In this document: in pieces, positions 1 through 9,014 of the stretch
Layout of the letters: each line of letters begins with the position of its first letter
How positions within the stretch are numbered: the first letter of the stretch is position 1
NCBI GenBank assembly: GCA_963749825.1
Contig: CAVVOI010000009.1
Location: 569,362 to 633,361 of the forward strand
Origin: an uncultured Chloroflexia bacterium
Lineage (GTDB): Bacteria > Chloroflexota > Anaerolineae > Promineifilales > Promineifilaceae
DNA: 64,000 bases
Direction of reading: 5' to 3'
Made by a program: the position numbers and the translations under genes
Notes under the pieces: generated by a model
What the model saw: the letters and a program-made list of their open reading frames with translations, nothing else
Database searches by the model: none
What the model was told of the DNA's origin: nothing

Positions 1-489
1 CGGGACATCGTATTGATTACCATCATTCTGCCCGGCTGTGGTCAGCCTGAAGACCAATGTATGAGGAACGCCACTGCTTTGCATGAGTGCTTGAGCTTCG
101 AGTAATCGACCATCATCGTCGGCGCTCTTCAAGAAAAACGGTACTCCCGCCGCGTCGAGCGTCTGCATCCAATTTCCCAGATCAGGATGGTAACGGCCGG
201 AACCGACATGAAAGCCAATTTTGTTGAAGGATAATATCTGGCCCTGGGATTCCAAGCCGGCCGCAAGAGCATCAAAATTGAGAGGAGGGTCGCCATATTT
301 CGGGACCGGGGGTGGTAATGGTTTCCGGCCGCCTCGGATGAGGGGCATTAGGACCTTGGGTAACACGGGATCGATTGCCGGAGAAACTTCCTGATCGAAG
401 GCCGATGCCGGCGCCAGTTTGCGGCCGGCTAATAATGCTATCAGGATCAAAAACAATAAAGAGAGGGGCAGTAATCTTCGGGACGACAT
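1..489 (-). CDS. Partial CDS (5' end in window, runs off the left edge): hypothetical secreted protein with an N-terminal signal peptide
   Basis: My own translation of the minus strand from the ATG at 489-487 has no stop codon before position 1. The N-terminus MSSRRLLPLSLLFLILIALLAG looks like a signal peptide. I recognise no domain. Confidence 0.4.
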   Translation of the reverse strand, partial: MSSRRLLPLSLLFLILIALLAGRKLAPASAFDQEVSPAIDPVLPKVLMPLIRGGRKPLPPPVPKYGDPPLNFDALAAGLESQGQILSFNKIGFHVGSGRYHPDLGNWMQTLDAAGVPFFLKSADDDGRLLEAQALMQSSGVPHTLVFRLTTAGQNDGNQYDVP

Positions 490-768
490 AGGAAACTTCA
501 ACATCGATCAATTAAACCAGGCTATTAGTACGAGCAATTATAATCAATTATTTGATGCTTCCGATGATGCACGCAATGTAGTACACGGAAATGACGATGC
601 ATGAACGGGCCGGACGAAATTATCACTGTCGGGCTCGCCAAATAAAGGCCGCAGCAACAATAGCGAGGGCCAAACCGGTGCAAACAAGTTCCAAAAGCAG
701 TAATTTAGTTAACATAAATACCAAGTATATCCTAAAGTGGGGATTTGGCTTTTATTAAAGCCCTTCGA

Positions 769-948
769 CTATCTACGCCGTCGCATCCATCGTAAAAAGC
801 CATAATAAATGATGATCACTACGAGTAGATTAAGGCCAATCAGAATCAAGATATTTGGATTGAATAGAAACTGAGCTAAGCCAGAGATACCGCACCCCCA
901 GAATAAGGCGAAAAGAAGACCCAGAATCTGTAATGTTGAATCTTTCAT
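769..948 (-). CDS. Small (59 aa) hydrophobic membrane protein, hypothetical
   Basis: ATG-initiated ORF MKDSTLQILGLLFALFWGC... with two predicted TM segments and a basic C-terminus RWMRRRR. No strong RBS. Confidence 0.2.
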   Translation of the reverse strand: MKDSTLQILGLLFALFWGCGISGLAQFLFNPNILILIGLNLLVVIIIYYGFLRWMRRRR

Positions 949-1604
949 TGATCTATTATTGCCGTTTCACGACGGATTTGGTACTTCAAGAGATGCTGGA
1001 CTCAACAGTACCGCGATTCATCGTTGGCGGCAATATTACCAAGGTGGGACTGTTTTTCTGAATTGTTGGAGTTGCGATTGCCGCAAGGGTGAATCAGGCA
1101 AAAAAATAGCCTAGCCTGGGAAAGGGCTAGGCTGGAAAGAGGAGTAACGGACGAATCGATTACTCACCAAAATTTTAGACGATTCAAGCTAGAATTAGTA
1201 TGGGATATTCTATCCATGACGGGGGTACTGTCCCGGCTAGCCGGTCAGGGTCAAAGACAAGGTATGTTTCAGGAATTGCCTTCCAAGGGATGGTTTAGAA
1301 CTTCTGGCAAGTGCTCACCGAGTTCGAGTAAGATGTCGACGGCGAGCCCACCTCATCCAGTCAATAGTCGTGTACTTTTCGCGTCATGAGGAAGGGAAAA
1401 GATTTGATAGTGTGCTGGGCGCATTAGCTGTACGAATTAGTCTTATCAGCTTCGATGCCTTCTGATTGAGTCCGAGGATCAACTAGATTAGCCACTTGTG
1501 TACACTCATGTAGTCCACTTGGATGATGCCGCCAGGGAGGTTGTATGGCATGCTAATCATGATAGTTCCATTGGCTAACATCATAAAAAAGATTGGGGAT
1601 CAAA

Positions 1605-1781
1605 ATGAAAACAGTCCAGTTAGTTGCCGGTGTTATTTGTCTTTTGATAGCGGCTTTAGTCTTTATTCTAGGCGCGGAAGTCATTACATTTGCGACAGGA
1701 ACAACGAACGTCACGATTTACACGGGAATCGTCTTAACGATTGTGGGCTTGTTAGCAGTCGTAACGGCAAGAAAACGATAA
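1605..1781 (+). CDS. Small (58 aa) integral membrane protein, hypothetical
   Basis: ATG at 1605 (MKTVQLVAGVICLLIAALVFILG...) with two TM helices. An intrinsic terminator follows directly. Confidence 0.45.
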   Translation: MKTVQLVAGVICLLIAALVFILGAEVITFATGTTNVTIYTGIVLTIVGLLAVVTARKR

Positions 1782-1814
1782 ATCCAAGTTCGTTTCTAGA
1801 TTTATTGCAACAAT

Positions 1815-1847
1815 GAAGCCCGGAACACAACCGGGCTTCTCATTTTT
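1815..1847 (+). terminator. Rho-independent terminator (gaagcccgg-aacacaa-ccgggcttc followed by a T-run)
   Basis: A perfect 9-bp stem with a 7-nt loop, followed by tcattttt. Confidence 0.7.
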
Positions 1848-1949
1848 AGGGGCATCATCATCACGGCAGCTAACGCCGGCCAATATGGAGCGGAAACTCT
1901 TTTCTACAAAAAAAGTGACGATCATCTGAAAAATTTATGCAAAAATCAC

Positions 1950-1978
1950 TTGACAGAGAGTTGTCGATTATTTAAGCT
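1950..1978 (+). promoter_or_regulatory. Sigma70-like promoter: TTGACA at 1950-1955, 17-bp spacer, TAAGCT at 1973-1978
   Basis: Consensus -35 hexamer with exact 17-nt spacing to a TAnnnT -10 hexamer. The predicted transcription start is near 1985. Confidence 0.45.
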
Positions 1979-1989
1979 AATAGTGGCGT

Positions 1990-2009
1990 ATTGTGATTTA
2001 TGTCACAAT
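1990..2009. promoter_or_regulatory. CRP/FNR-family-type operator palindrome ATTGTGA-N6-TCACAAT (core TGTGA-N6-TCACA)
   Basis: Perfect 7-bp inverted arms with a 6-bp spacer. It matches the classic CRP half-sites TGTGA/TCACA and sits just downstream of the candidate promoter. Confidence 0.45.
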
Positions 2010-2537
2010 TTCGAAATTTACTGTCTCTGCCCGTATGGTTGGCGCTGGTGATCTAATGATCGGGTTGCGGGCTGTAGTTGGCGCATCTCAACAAGAAATT
2101 GACCCAATGCAGGTCGTTGTAAACCTGTATGCTTGGGGTCAGGCCCTAAATGCCTCTACAGCAGGGGTAGCTTTGTCGCTTATCTCAAGCGATTTTTACC
2201 GGCAATCCAAAGCACGAATAGTCATTCAAAACTCACTGGCAGCGGAATTAATATTTGATTACCGAAGGCTCACAAACCCTTGAAAAAGGGTTTCGCTGGC
2301 GCTTTGATCGTGTCGATCGGCCGCCAGACCAATCACGAGCGATAGTAAAGGAGGTTAGCCAATAACAAGACTATTTGAAAGCGATAGATAAGAGGGGATC
2401 GTTTAGCGTTTTAGAGGAGTGTAAATGAGCGACCAACGGGTAAGAATCAAAGGAAGATGCCAATCTGAAACCGTTGACTGCTCTTGCAAATGTGGCCATT
2501 TCGGTCGCATTTGTCTTAACCCAAAATGAGGTCAATC

Positions 2538-5500
2538 ATGTCAAAAAGAACAATTAAATTCACGATCTTGGTCATCCTTTTAGCCTTGATCATTCCCATC
2601 GCGGCGTCTGTTCAGGGTTCTTCACATATTGTTGATGCCACTTTGCTGCACACCAACGATTTCCACGGCCGTCTGGAACCTGACTCCAGCCGCCGCGGCG
2701 GCTCCGCCTATATCATCGGCAAAGTCAACGATATTCGCGACGCCGTCGGCGAAGAGAATGTGCTGCTGCTCGATGCGGGAGATGAATACTTCGCTGCTCC
2801 GGCCATATCGCAGCTGCTGATGGGAGAGAGCACGGTCGATATCTTCAATATGATGGGCTACGATCTGGCCGTCTTCGGCAACCACGAGTTCGACAAAGGC
2901 CAGGAGATCCTAGTTGATCGCGTGAAACAGTCCGAGTACGATTGGCTGGGCGCCAACGTCATCCTGGAAGGCACGGATTGGGATCTGCCCGAGTGGTCAA
3001 TGCCCTATGAGCTGCTCACAGTTGGCGAGAGTCCCCACGAAGCCACAATAGGAGTGATCGGTTTGGCCGGCGAAGAGACTCCCGAGGTCACGCTGATCGG
3101 CACCACTGAGGGACTCTACTTTAAGGATCTCACAGAAACTGTCCTGCATTACTACGACGAAGTGGCGGCCCAAGCCGACGCGGTTATCCTTGTCGTTCAC
3201 ATGGGAACAGCCGATAGCGGCCCGTATGATGGTTTAGTAACCCTCGCCCAAAATCTGATTGACGCCGGTAAACCGGTGGATCTGATGATCGGCGGGCACC
3301 AGCACCAGGCGTTGTTCGCGCCGGTATATGTTGGCGAGACGGCCATTGTCTCCGCCGGGTATTACGGCCGTTGGTTAGGCCAGGTTGATGTTTCCATCGA
3401 TAAGAACGCCAAGAAGCTGACGGTAGAAAACTATCAACTGAACACTATCATAGCTGAAGTAACCGTCGAAGATCTCATCGGCAGCCTGGAAGAGTTCTAT
3501 GCAGCGGGTGACATCAGCAATGCTGGCGTTTATAACAGCCTGCTCACAAAACTGGAAGGGGTTGAATCTGCCCTAGCGAATGGTAAGGCACGAGTCGCCG
3601 CTAACCAGCTGACCGCCTTCATCAACCATGTGCAGGCCCAAAGTGGTAAACACATCACCGCCGCAGCAGCAGATTCGCTGCTTGCCGATGCGGAGTGGAT
3701 CCTGGCCAATACCGATCTTGAAGTGGCCGCACGCGTGGCTTACTGGGCCGAGATCGTCGCCCCCATCGTCAACCAGCCAGTGGGGTATACCAACATCAGC
3801 CTGACGCGCGATTACAACAACGAATCGCTTATCGGCGATATCGTGACCGACTCCATGCTGTGGAGCGCTGATCTGTATGATGACGGCGAGCTGAACGGCA
3901 CGGTTGACATCGCCTTCACCAACCCCGGCGGATTGCGAGCTGACATCGTCATTCCCGACGGTGCGACCTTGCCCCACATGGTTACGTGGGGCGATACCTT
4001 TGACGTCCTTCCATTTGGTAACACGTTATACATGATGGACCTGACCGGCGCTCAAATCCAGACCTTGCTGGACCAGTCGGCGAACCTGTACAAGGGTATC
4101 CTTCAGACGGCCGGCGCCGGTTGGTACTGGTACAACGACTGTGGGTGCATCACACCCACGGCTTGGGGCGCCTACGGGGTGACCGTGAATGGAGAGCCGC
4201 TGGTCCGTGACCAGGTCTATCGCGTGGTGACCAATAACTTCTTGGCCGGTGGGCAGGATGGTTGGACCACTTTCGCCGATGGCACCAATCGCTGGGACAC
4301 TTACTATGACATGCAAGAGGGCTTCGTCGAATATATCAAGATGCTCGAGGTCATCGATGCAGAAGACGTCCCCATGGACCGCATCATTCGCCTGGACGAC
4401 GTGCTGACGATGCTGCATACCAACGACACGCACGGTATCTGGCCTGAGACCGACTACTACGGCACGGCCGAAGGCTTTGCCTTCCTGGCATCGCACATAA
4501 AGGCCGAACGGGCCAAGAACCCCAATGTGCTGCTGCTGGACGCCGGCGACACCTTCCAGGGTAACGCATTCGCCCAGTACTTCCGCGATGCTGTTCCCAA
4601 CCCCATCGCCGGCGGGTTGAACCTGCTGGGCTACGATGCCTTCACCATCGGCAACCACGAGTTCAACTTTGGACCGGCGACGTTCGCCACCATGCTCGGG
4701 CAGTTGAACGCTCCCCTTCTGGGCACGATCAACCTGGATGATGACGGCAGCTACGGCTTCATCAACGAAAATGTGCAGGATTACATCAATCTCGATGTCA
4801 ACGGCAAGAAGGTGACCATCTTTGGATTGACCAATCCACGTGTTTACCGCTACGAGCTGCCCACCAATATTCCCGGGCTGACCTTCTATTCCGGTCTTGA
4901 TACGGGCTTTGAAGCTGTACCGCAAATTCTCGCCGACGAGACCCCCGACATTTTAGTCGGTCTGACACATATGGGTTACTCGCCCTACGGCGACGAAATC
5001 GACAGCGACGTGCTCCTGGCAGAAGGAGTAGCAGGCATCGACGTGATCATCGGCGGGCACAGCCATACCTTCCTGGACCCGGCGGTGATGGTCTCTTCCG
5101 ACATCAACCCAGGAGGTACATTGATCGCCCAATCGGGCCGCTATGCGACTAATCTGGGCAAGGTCAACGTCGGCTTCATCGATGGTGAAGTTGTATTGCG
5201 TGAGGGCTACCTGTTGCCGGCCGGAGAAGTGCCGGTGGATCCCGAGATGGAAGCTTTCCTGCAACCGTTCTTGGAGGAACTGGATGACTACACCAGTACC
5301 GTGATCGGCCAGACCACCGCGCCGATCGATGCACTGGCGGCCTACACTCAAGAGACCAGCGGTGCCAACGTACAAGCCGACGCGGCCGTCTTCGAGCTGA
5401 CCGATAACGGAATCGACGTCGACTTCCACCTGTCCGGCGCAATGAGCAACCGGCTTGTGGCGGCAGGGGCAACGCCGGCTAGCCCGGTGACACTGACCGT

Positions 5501-5975
5501 AAATGACATGTACACCCTGATGCCCTACGAGAACTCGCTGCTGGTCATGAGCATGAACGGACCGCAGATCAAGGAGGTCCTGGAGCGCGGCTACCGCAAC
5601 TGGTGGTGGTACAATCAAGGTTCTCCCTGGGGCGGCTACTCGCACTACACGACCTGTATGCTGACCACCGACGAAGGCAATGTGATCACCTACGTGGGGG
5701 ATCTAGCTACCGCACCGGATGGCAACAACGTCGCATCACTGACCCTTGAGGGCGTTCCGGTTGATTTCGGCGATGCAGGCACTTACTACAACGTTTCCAC
5801 CGTGAACTACCTGGCTGCCGGATCGTGCAACTTCAACAATGCAGGCGAGACAATCTGGCCATTGGACCAGATCGTAGCCGACACCCAGTTCTACGTGCGC
5901 GACTCGGTCATCGATTATGTGACGGCGGAAGGCACCATCTCCCCGGCCGTTGAAGGGCGGCTGGTATTCCCGTAA
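2538..5975 (+). CDS. Secreted bifunctional metallophosphatase / 5'-nucleotidase made of two complete UshA-like modules in tandem (~1145 aa)
   Basis: A signal peptide is followed by a calcineurin-like phosphoesterase motif set (HTNDFHGRL, GDEYF, GNHEFD) and a 5'-nucleotidase C-terminal region. The same set repeats a second time (HTNDTHG, DAGDTF, GNHEFN). GAGG precedes the ATG at 2538; the alternative start at 2526 is in frame. Confidence 0.85.
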   Translation: MSKRTIKFTILVILLALIIPIAASVQGSSHIVDATLLHTNDFHGRLEPDSSRRGGSAYIIGKVNDIRDAVGEENVLLLDAGDEYFAAPAISQLLMGESTVDIFNMMGYDLAVFGNHEFDKGQEILVDRVKQSEYDWLGANVILEGTDWDLPEWSMPYELLTVGESPHEATIGVIGLAGEETPEVTLIGTTEGLYFKDLTETVLHYYDEVAAQADAVILVVHMGTADSGPYDGLVTLAQNLIDAGKPVDLMIGGHQHQALFAPVYVGETAIVSAGYYGRWLGQVDVSIDKNAKKLTVENYQLNTIIAEVTVEDLIGSLEEFYAAGDISNAGVYNSLLTKLEGVESALANGKARVAANQLTAFINHVQAQSGKHITAAAADSLLADAEWILANTDLEVAARVAYWAEIVAPIVNQPVGYTNISLTRDYNNESLIGDIVTDSMLWSADLYDDGELNGTVDIAFTNPGGLRADIVIPDGATLPHMVTWGDTFDVLPFGNTLYMMDLTGAQIQTLLDQSANLYKGILQTAGAGWYWYNDCGCITPTAWGAYGVTVNGEPLVRDQVYRVVTNNFLAGGQDGWTTFADGTNRWDTYYDMQEGFVEYIKMLEVIDAEDVPMDRIIRLDDVLTMLHTNDTHGIWPETDYYGTAEGFAFLASHIKAERAKNPNVLLLDAGDTFQGNAFAQYFRDAVPNPIAGGLNLLGYDAFTIGNHEFNFGPATFATMLGQLNAPLLGTINLDDDGSYGFINENVQDYINLDVNGKKVTIFGLTNPRVYRYELPTNIPGLTFYSGLDTGFEAVPQILADETPDILVGLTHMGYSPYGDEIDSDVLLAEGVAGIDVIIGGHSHTFLDPAVMVSSDINPGGTLIAQSGRYATNLGKVNVGFIDGEVVLREGYLLPAGEVPVDPEMEAFLQPFLEELDDYTSTVIGQTTAPIDALAAYTQETSGANVQADAAVFELTDNGIDVDFHLSGAMSNRLVAAGATPASPVTLTVNDMYTLMPYENSLLVMSMNGPQIKEVLERGYRNWWWYNQGSPWGGYSHYTTCMLTTDEGNVITYVGDLATAPDGNNVASLTLEGVPVDFGDAGTYYNVSTVNYLAAGSCNFNNAGETIWPLDQIVADTQFYVRDSVIDYVTAEGTISPAVEGRLVFP

Positions 5976-6079
5976 AGGTAACGACTTGCTCGATCACCGA
6001 GCCCGTCTGATGTGACGGTAGGCTTAAAGCGGCAAAATTGCCGACGGTAAGCTTACCGGCCGCATCCTTATATAGAATC

Positions 6080-6120
6080 ACCTCCCGCAGCTACATGATG
6101 CTGCGGGAGGTGTTGTTTTT
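6080..6120 (+). terminator. Rho-independent terminator (acctcccgcag ... ctgcgggaggt followed by gttgttttt)
   Basis: An 11-bp perfect inverted repeat followed by a T-run, 105 bp after the nucleotidase stop. Confidence 0.75.
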
Positions 6121-6560
6121 ACCGGAAATGAAACCGCGTCGATTCGGATAGCGTAGCCGCTTCAATCGGGCATAATTGATGGTGTGGTGGGGCGCGCGGA
6201 ACGGCCACTGCCCTAGCAAGGGTATATCGGCCGACAGAAGTTCGGCGAAGTTTTCCTGCAAGCGTCCTTGGGCGGCAGTGACCGCTAAAACATGTCAGCT
6301 TTTTGCTCGATACTCTTGGCGGCGGTTTCCTTTTGACAACCAATGGCATCAATGGTAACAACACAGCCATGCGATACCAACAAGTTTAGCCATTCGGGAA
6401 TAGCTGTGAATTCGTTCGATATCTCGTCCACCTGGCATAGCCCCAGCACCAGTTGGCTCTCCCTGGCCCAAGCACTGACCAAACAAATGGCTCCTTTCCC
6501 AATGCCGACCTCTTTGCTGCCCCGCATATCACGGCGTAGATGGCGATGGTTAGAATCCAT
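6120..6560 (-). pseudogene. Remnant of an ISAs1-family (IS4-like, H-repeat-associated) transposase: internal fragment, frameshifted
   Basis: Minus-strand translation ...ICLVSAWARESQLVLGLCQVDEISNEFTAIPEWLNLLVSHGCVVTIDAIGCQKETAAKSIEQKADMF matches the conserved ISAs1 transposase core (HVVSAWA...LVLGQ.KVDEKSNEITAIP.LL..LDL.GCIVTIDAMGCQK.IA.KI.EQ). The next block (LAVTAAQGRLQENF, compare LALKGNQG.LHEDV) continues in another frame. Confidence 0.5.
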
Positions 6561-6724
6561 GTCAGGTAAATACTATAATACTCTTCATTTTGCATTACAA
6601 TTGATGATTCGAATCCTTTGGCGTACAGATCAGAAGGTATGAGCCAATGGTGTCTGTTTAGCTTTGCCTTGAAGGTTCTCCGAGACTACCTAAGGTTTCT
6701 ATGAAACTGGGTTAACTCTGCACG

Positions 6725-8335
6725 ATGTTTGATAAGAATAAACATTTTTTTGACTCGAAAGCTAGCTGGCTGGCTAGTTTATCCTTGGTCATACTGCTAT
6801 ATCTGATCTATTCTCCAACCTTCTTGACTGACTACTTAATGAATGATGAGTGGGCTCTGATAGGTAATGGCTCACTCAACGTAAGGCATTTACCGAACAG
6901 TGCAGCAAATTCATTTCTCTTCTATGGGAGAGGGATTTATGGAATCTTCGAGCAACTAGTCTACGGATTTGTAGGATATGATCCTTTCCGAATTCAGATT
7001 GTACGCTTCATCAACTTCGTGTCACTGGCAGCTATCGCCGTCATCCTTTTTAGATTCATTGGCAACCGCTTGAAAAATCGCACTTTCGCTTTTTTTGTTA
7101 TTCTGCTGCTTTTTTCTCTACCGGCATTTCAAGGGGCGATGGGTTATTCTCTTCAGCTAGTTTCCACAAATGTGTCGGCATTGTGGCTAAGCCTATTGGC
7201 CTTTTACCTCCATTTCTTTACTCGTGATCGACATAAATTTCCAAAATTACTCAATATATTAGCCGTATTCTTTGCCCTAATGCTGGCTATGCAGTCGAAT
7301 CAGACCTACGCTTTTTTTGCGTTAGCTCCTCTAGCAATCTTAGCCTTGACTGAATGGGATAGCAGGAAATATCAGGTATTGAGTTTCCTGGGCATAGTCC
7401 TCGCAGTATTCTTACTATCGACCATCATCTACAGAGTTGGCCTAGAGTTCTTGAGCCTTCAAGGGCAGGGGGGATATGAGACTGGCGCCCAGGCTCTTGA
7501 TTCAGCAATCAAAGATCCTTTCAGGGTAATACTAAAAGCTATCAATCCTTTTTCATACTGGAGCGTATTTAAGATCTGGACATACCCTTTTCCTTTGCAT
7601 TATACGCTTCCCCTTGGGGAAATGAAGAGGATAATCGCCTCTTTCGTTTTGGTAGTCTGGCTTGCGCTCATTCTAGCTTCGATCATAACGGAAGTTCTGG
7701 GAAGTTCTGCTGATGAAAAACGACAAATTCTCTTTAAGTGGTTGGTAGTATTGGCCTGCTTGGGCTTCGCAGGTGTTTTCATGGTTGCGGATTCGCCAGT
7801 GCTGATTATAGAACACAGGCCTCATTTGACTATGACATTTGTGGGAATAGTTATCTTCTCTGGAGCGTATGGTATTCAAGTGCTCGCATCAGAGTATCAA
7901 TTCTTGAGAAATAAATCGATTGTATTTTTGGGAATGATCTTTGTTATGTTAACTTCTTTCGGGGCGCAGGCAGATGTCCTACGTGGTATCGTAAACAATC
8001 GAATGGAGCAAATTAGTTTTATCAGAACGGAGTTAATGGCTAGGAACCCGGCCGACTACAACAACATTTTTGTCGTGCTACCTGGTTGGAGTGGGTGTGT
8101 TACCGAGCCCTGCGGTCCTTGGATGGGACACGCTACGAGCAATGAGTGGCATGTGACTCGTGAAGGTGTCTATCGCTACGCATTAGAGACAATCGATGTT
8201 CCATCGAAAGAGAAAGAAATCACATTCATCAATCAAAAACCGGATCAAATACCAGCTGATTCAGTCATTATTGATTGGAATCAATATGCCTCCGCGCATC
8301 ATCAGCAATTTGAATATTTACGAAATTATAACTAA
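6725..8335 (+). CDS. Large polytopic membrane protein, GT-C-fold glycosyltransferase-like (536 aa); its coding region is noticeably AT-rich
   Basis: At least 10 predicted TM helices. An acidic motif (NDEW) sits in the first extracytoplasmic loop, as in GT-C glycosyltransferases. GC content is visibly lower than in the flanking genes. Confidence 0.5.
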   Translation: MFDKNKHFFDSKASWLASLSLVILLYLIYSPTFLTDYLMNDEWALIGNGSLNVRHLPNSAANSFLFYGRGIYGIFEQLVYGFVGYDPFRIQIVRFINFVSLAAIAVILFRFIGNRLKNRTFAFFVILLLFSLPAFQGAMGYSLQLVSTNVSALWLSLLAFYLHFFTRDRHKFPKLLNILAVFFALMLAMQSNQTYAFFALAPLAILALTEWDSRKYQVLSFLGIVLAVFLLSTIIYRVGLEFLSLQGQGGYETGAQALDSAIKDPFRVILKAINPFSYWSVFKIWTYPFPLHYTLPLGEMKRIIASFVLVVWLALILASIITEVLGSSADEKRQILFKWLVVLACLGFAGVFMVADSPVLIIEHRPHLTMTFVGIVIFSGAYGIQVLASEYQFLRNKSIVFLGMIFVMLTSFGAQADVLRGIVNNRMEQISFIRTELMARNPADYNNIFVVLPGWSGCVTEPCGPWMGHATSNEWHVTREGVYRYALETIDVPSKEKEITFINQKPDQIPADSVIIDWNQYASAHHQQFEYLRNYN

Positions 8336-8595
8336 TCCACATCTTTGCTACATTAGGTCAGGTCACAAAGAATAGATTTAAGCTTTGCTCGGATAGCCCT
8401 GGAGTCGGGGCACTTCTCACTCCCATTGCCCAGCAACATTATTGTCTCCACTGACAATAGCATAAGGTATATCTGTGTCAGATTGGCGAGGTCATGTGAT
8501 TAGGTGGAGATGTATGAGGTTTTGGTGAACCCGAGTTTGGACCAGGCGCGACCTTTCAGTTACCAGGCATAATTGAATTCGATAGTCTCGTTATG

Positions 8596-8814
8596 TCAAA
8601 TGAATCCATCAAAACCAATCGGCCGGCCGTCATATTCGACTTCGATGATCTCCAGCAACATAGCAACCAGAACAACAAACAACAGTTGGGGCGCGGCGAT
8701 GATTAGGATCACCGCCAAAAGTAGAGAAATCTTGAACAGGTTTTTGCCCTTATTATTTTTGATCGACACATGGTGGTTTTTTCCCGCCACGATCGTCTCG
8801 TTCAGAGTTGACAT
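8596..8814 (-). CDS. Small (72 aa) membrane protein, hypothetical
   Basis: GGGAGA lies 6 nt upstream of the ATG. One long TM segment (LLLAVILIIAAPQLLFVVLVAMLL). Confidence 0.3.
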   Translation of the reverse strand: MSTLNETIVAGKNHHVSIKNNKGKNLFKISLLLAVILIIAAPQLLFVVLVAMLLEIIEVEYDGRPIGFDGFI

Positions 8815-9014
8815 AATATATCTCCCATTTACTAAATGTGTAGCAGTTACCCCAGTTTAATGTAATCGGATAATGGGCACATCCTGCAGGTGGTCTATCC
8901 TCTTATAGGCTAAGTGGATAATTTGTCTGATGAGATTTTAATGCGATTGATCTTTACCCAATGTTCGTCAGCGTGTATCCTAGAGTAAAGGGTTAGTCTG
9001 TAACGTACCCAGGC

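Noticed and set aside
2035-2300. Possible SRP RNA (a GGTCAGGCCC element near 2140 resembles the domain IV 5' strand)
   Set aside because: The partner strand and the GGAA tetraloop of the SRP domain IV consensus (GGAAGCAGCC) are not present, so I could not build the conserved helix 8. Kept only as an unspecified structured leader or ncRNA candidate.
2622-5645. Several long antisense or alternate-frame ORFs inside the nucleotidase gene (e.g. 4026-4925 minus, 299 aa; 4953-5645 minus, 230 aa)
   Set aside because: They lie entirely within a well-supported, motif-rich gene on the other strand. Their Arg/Gly/Pro-rich composition is typical of GC-rich antisense artefacts, and no RBS or domain is visible.
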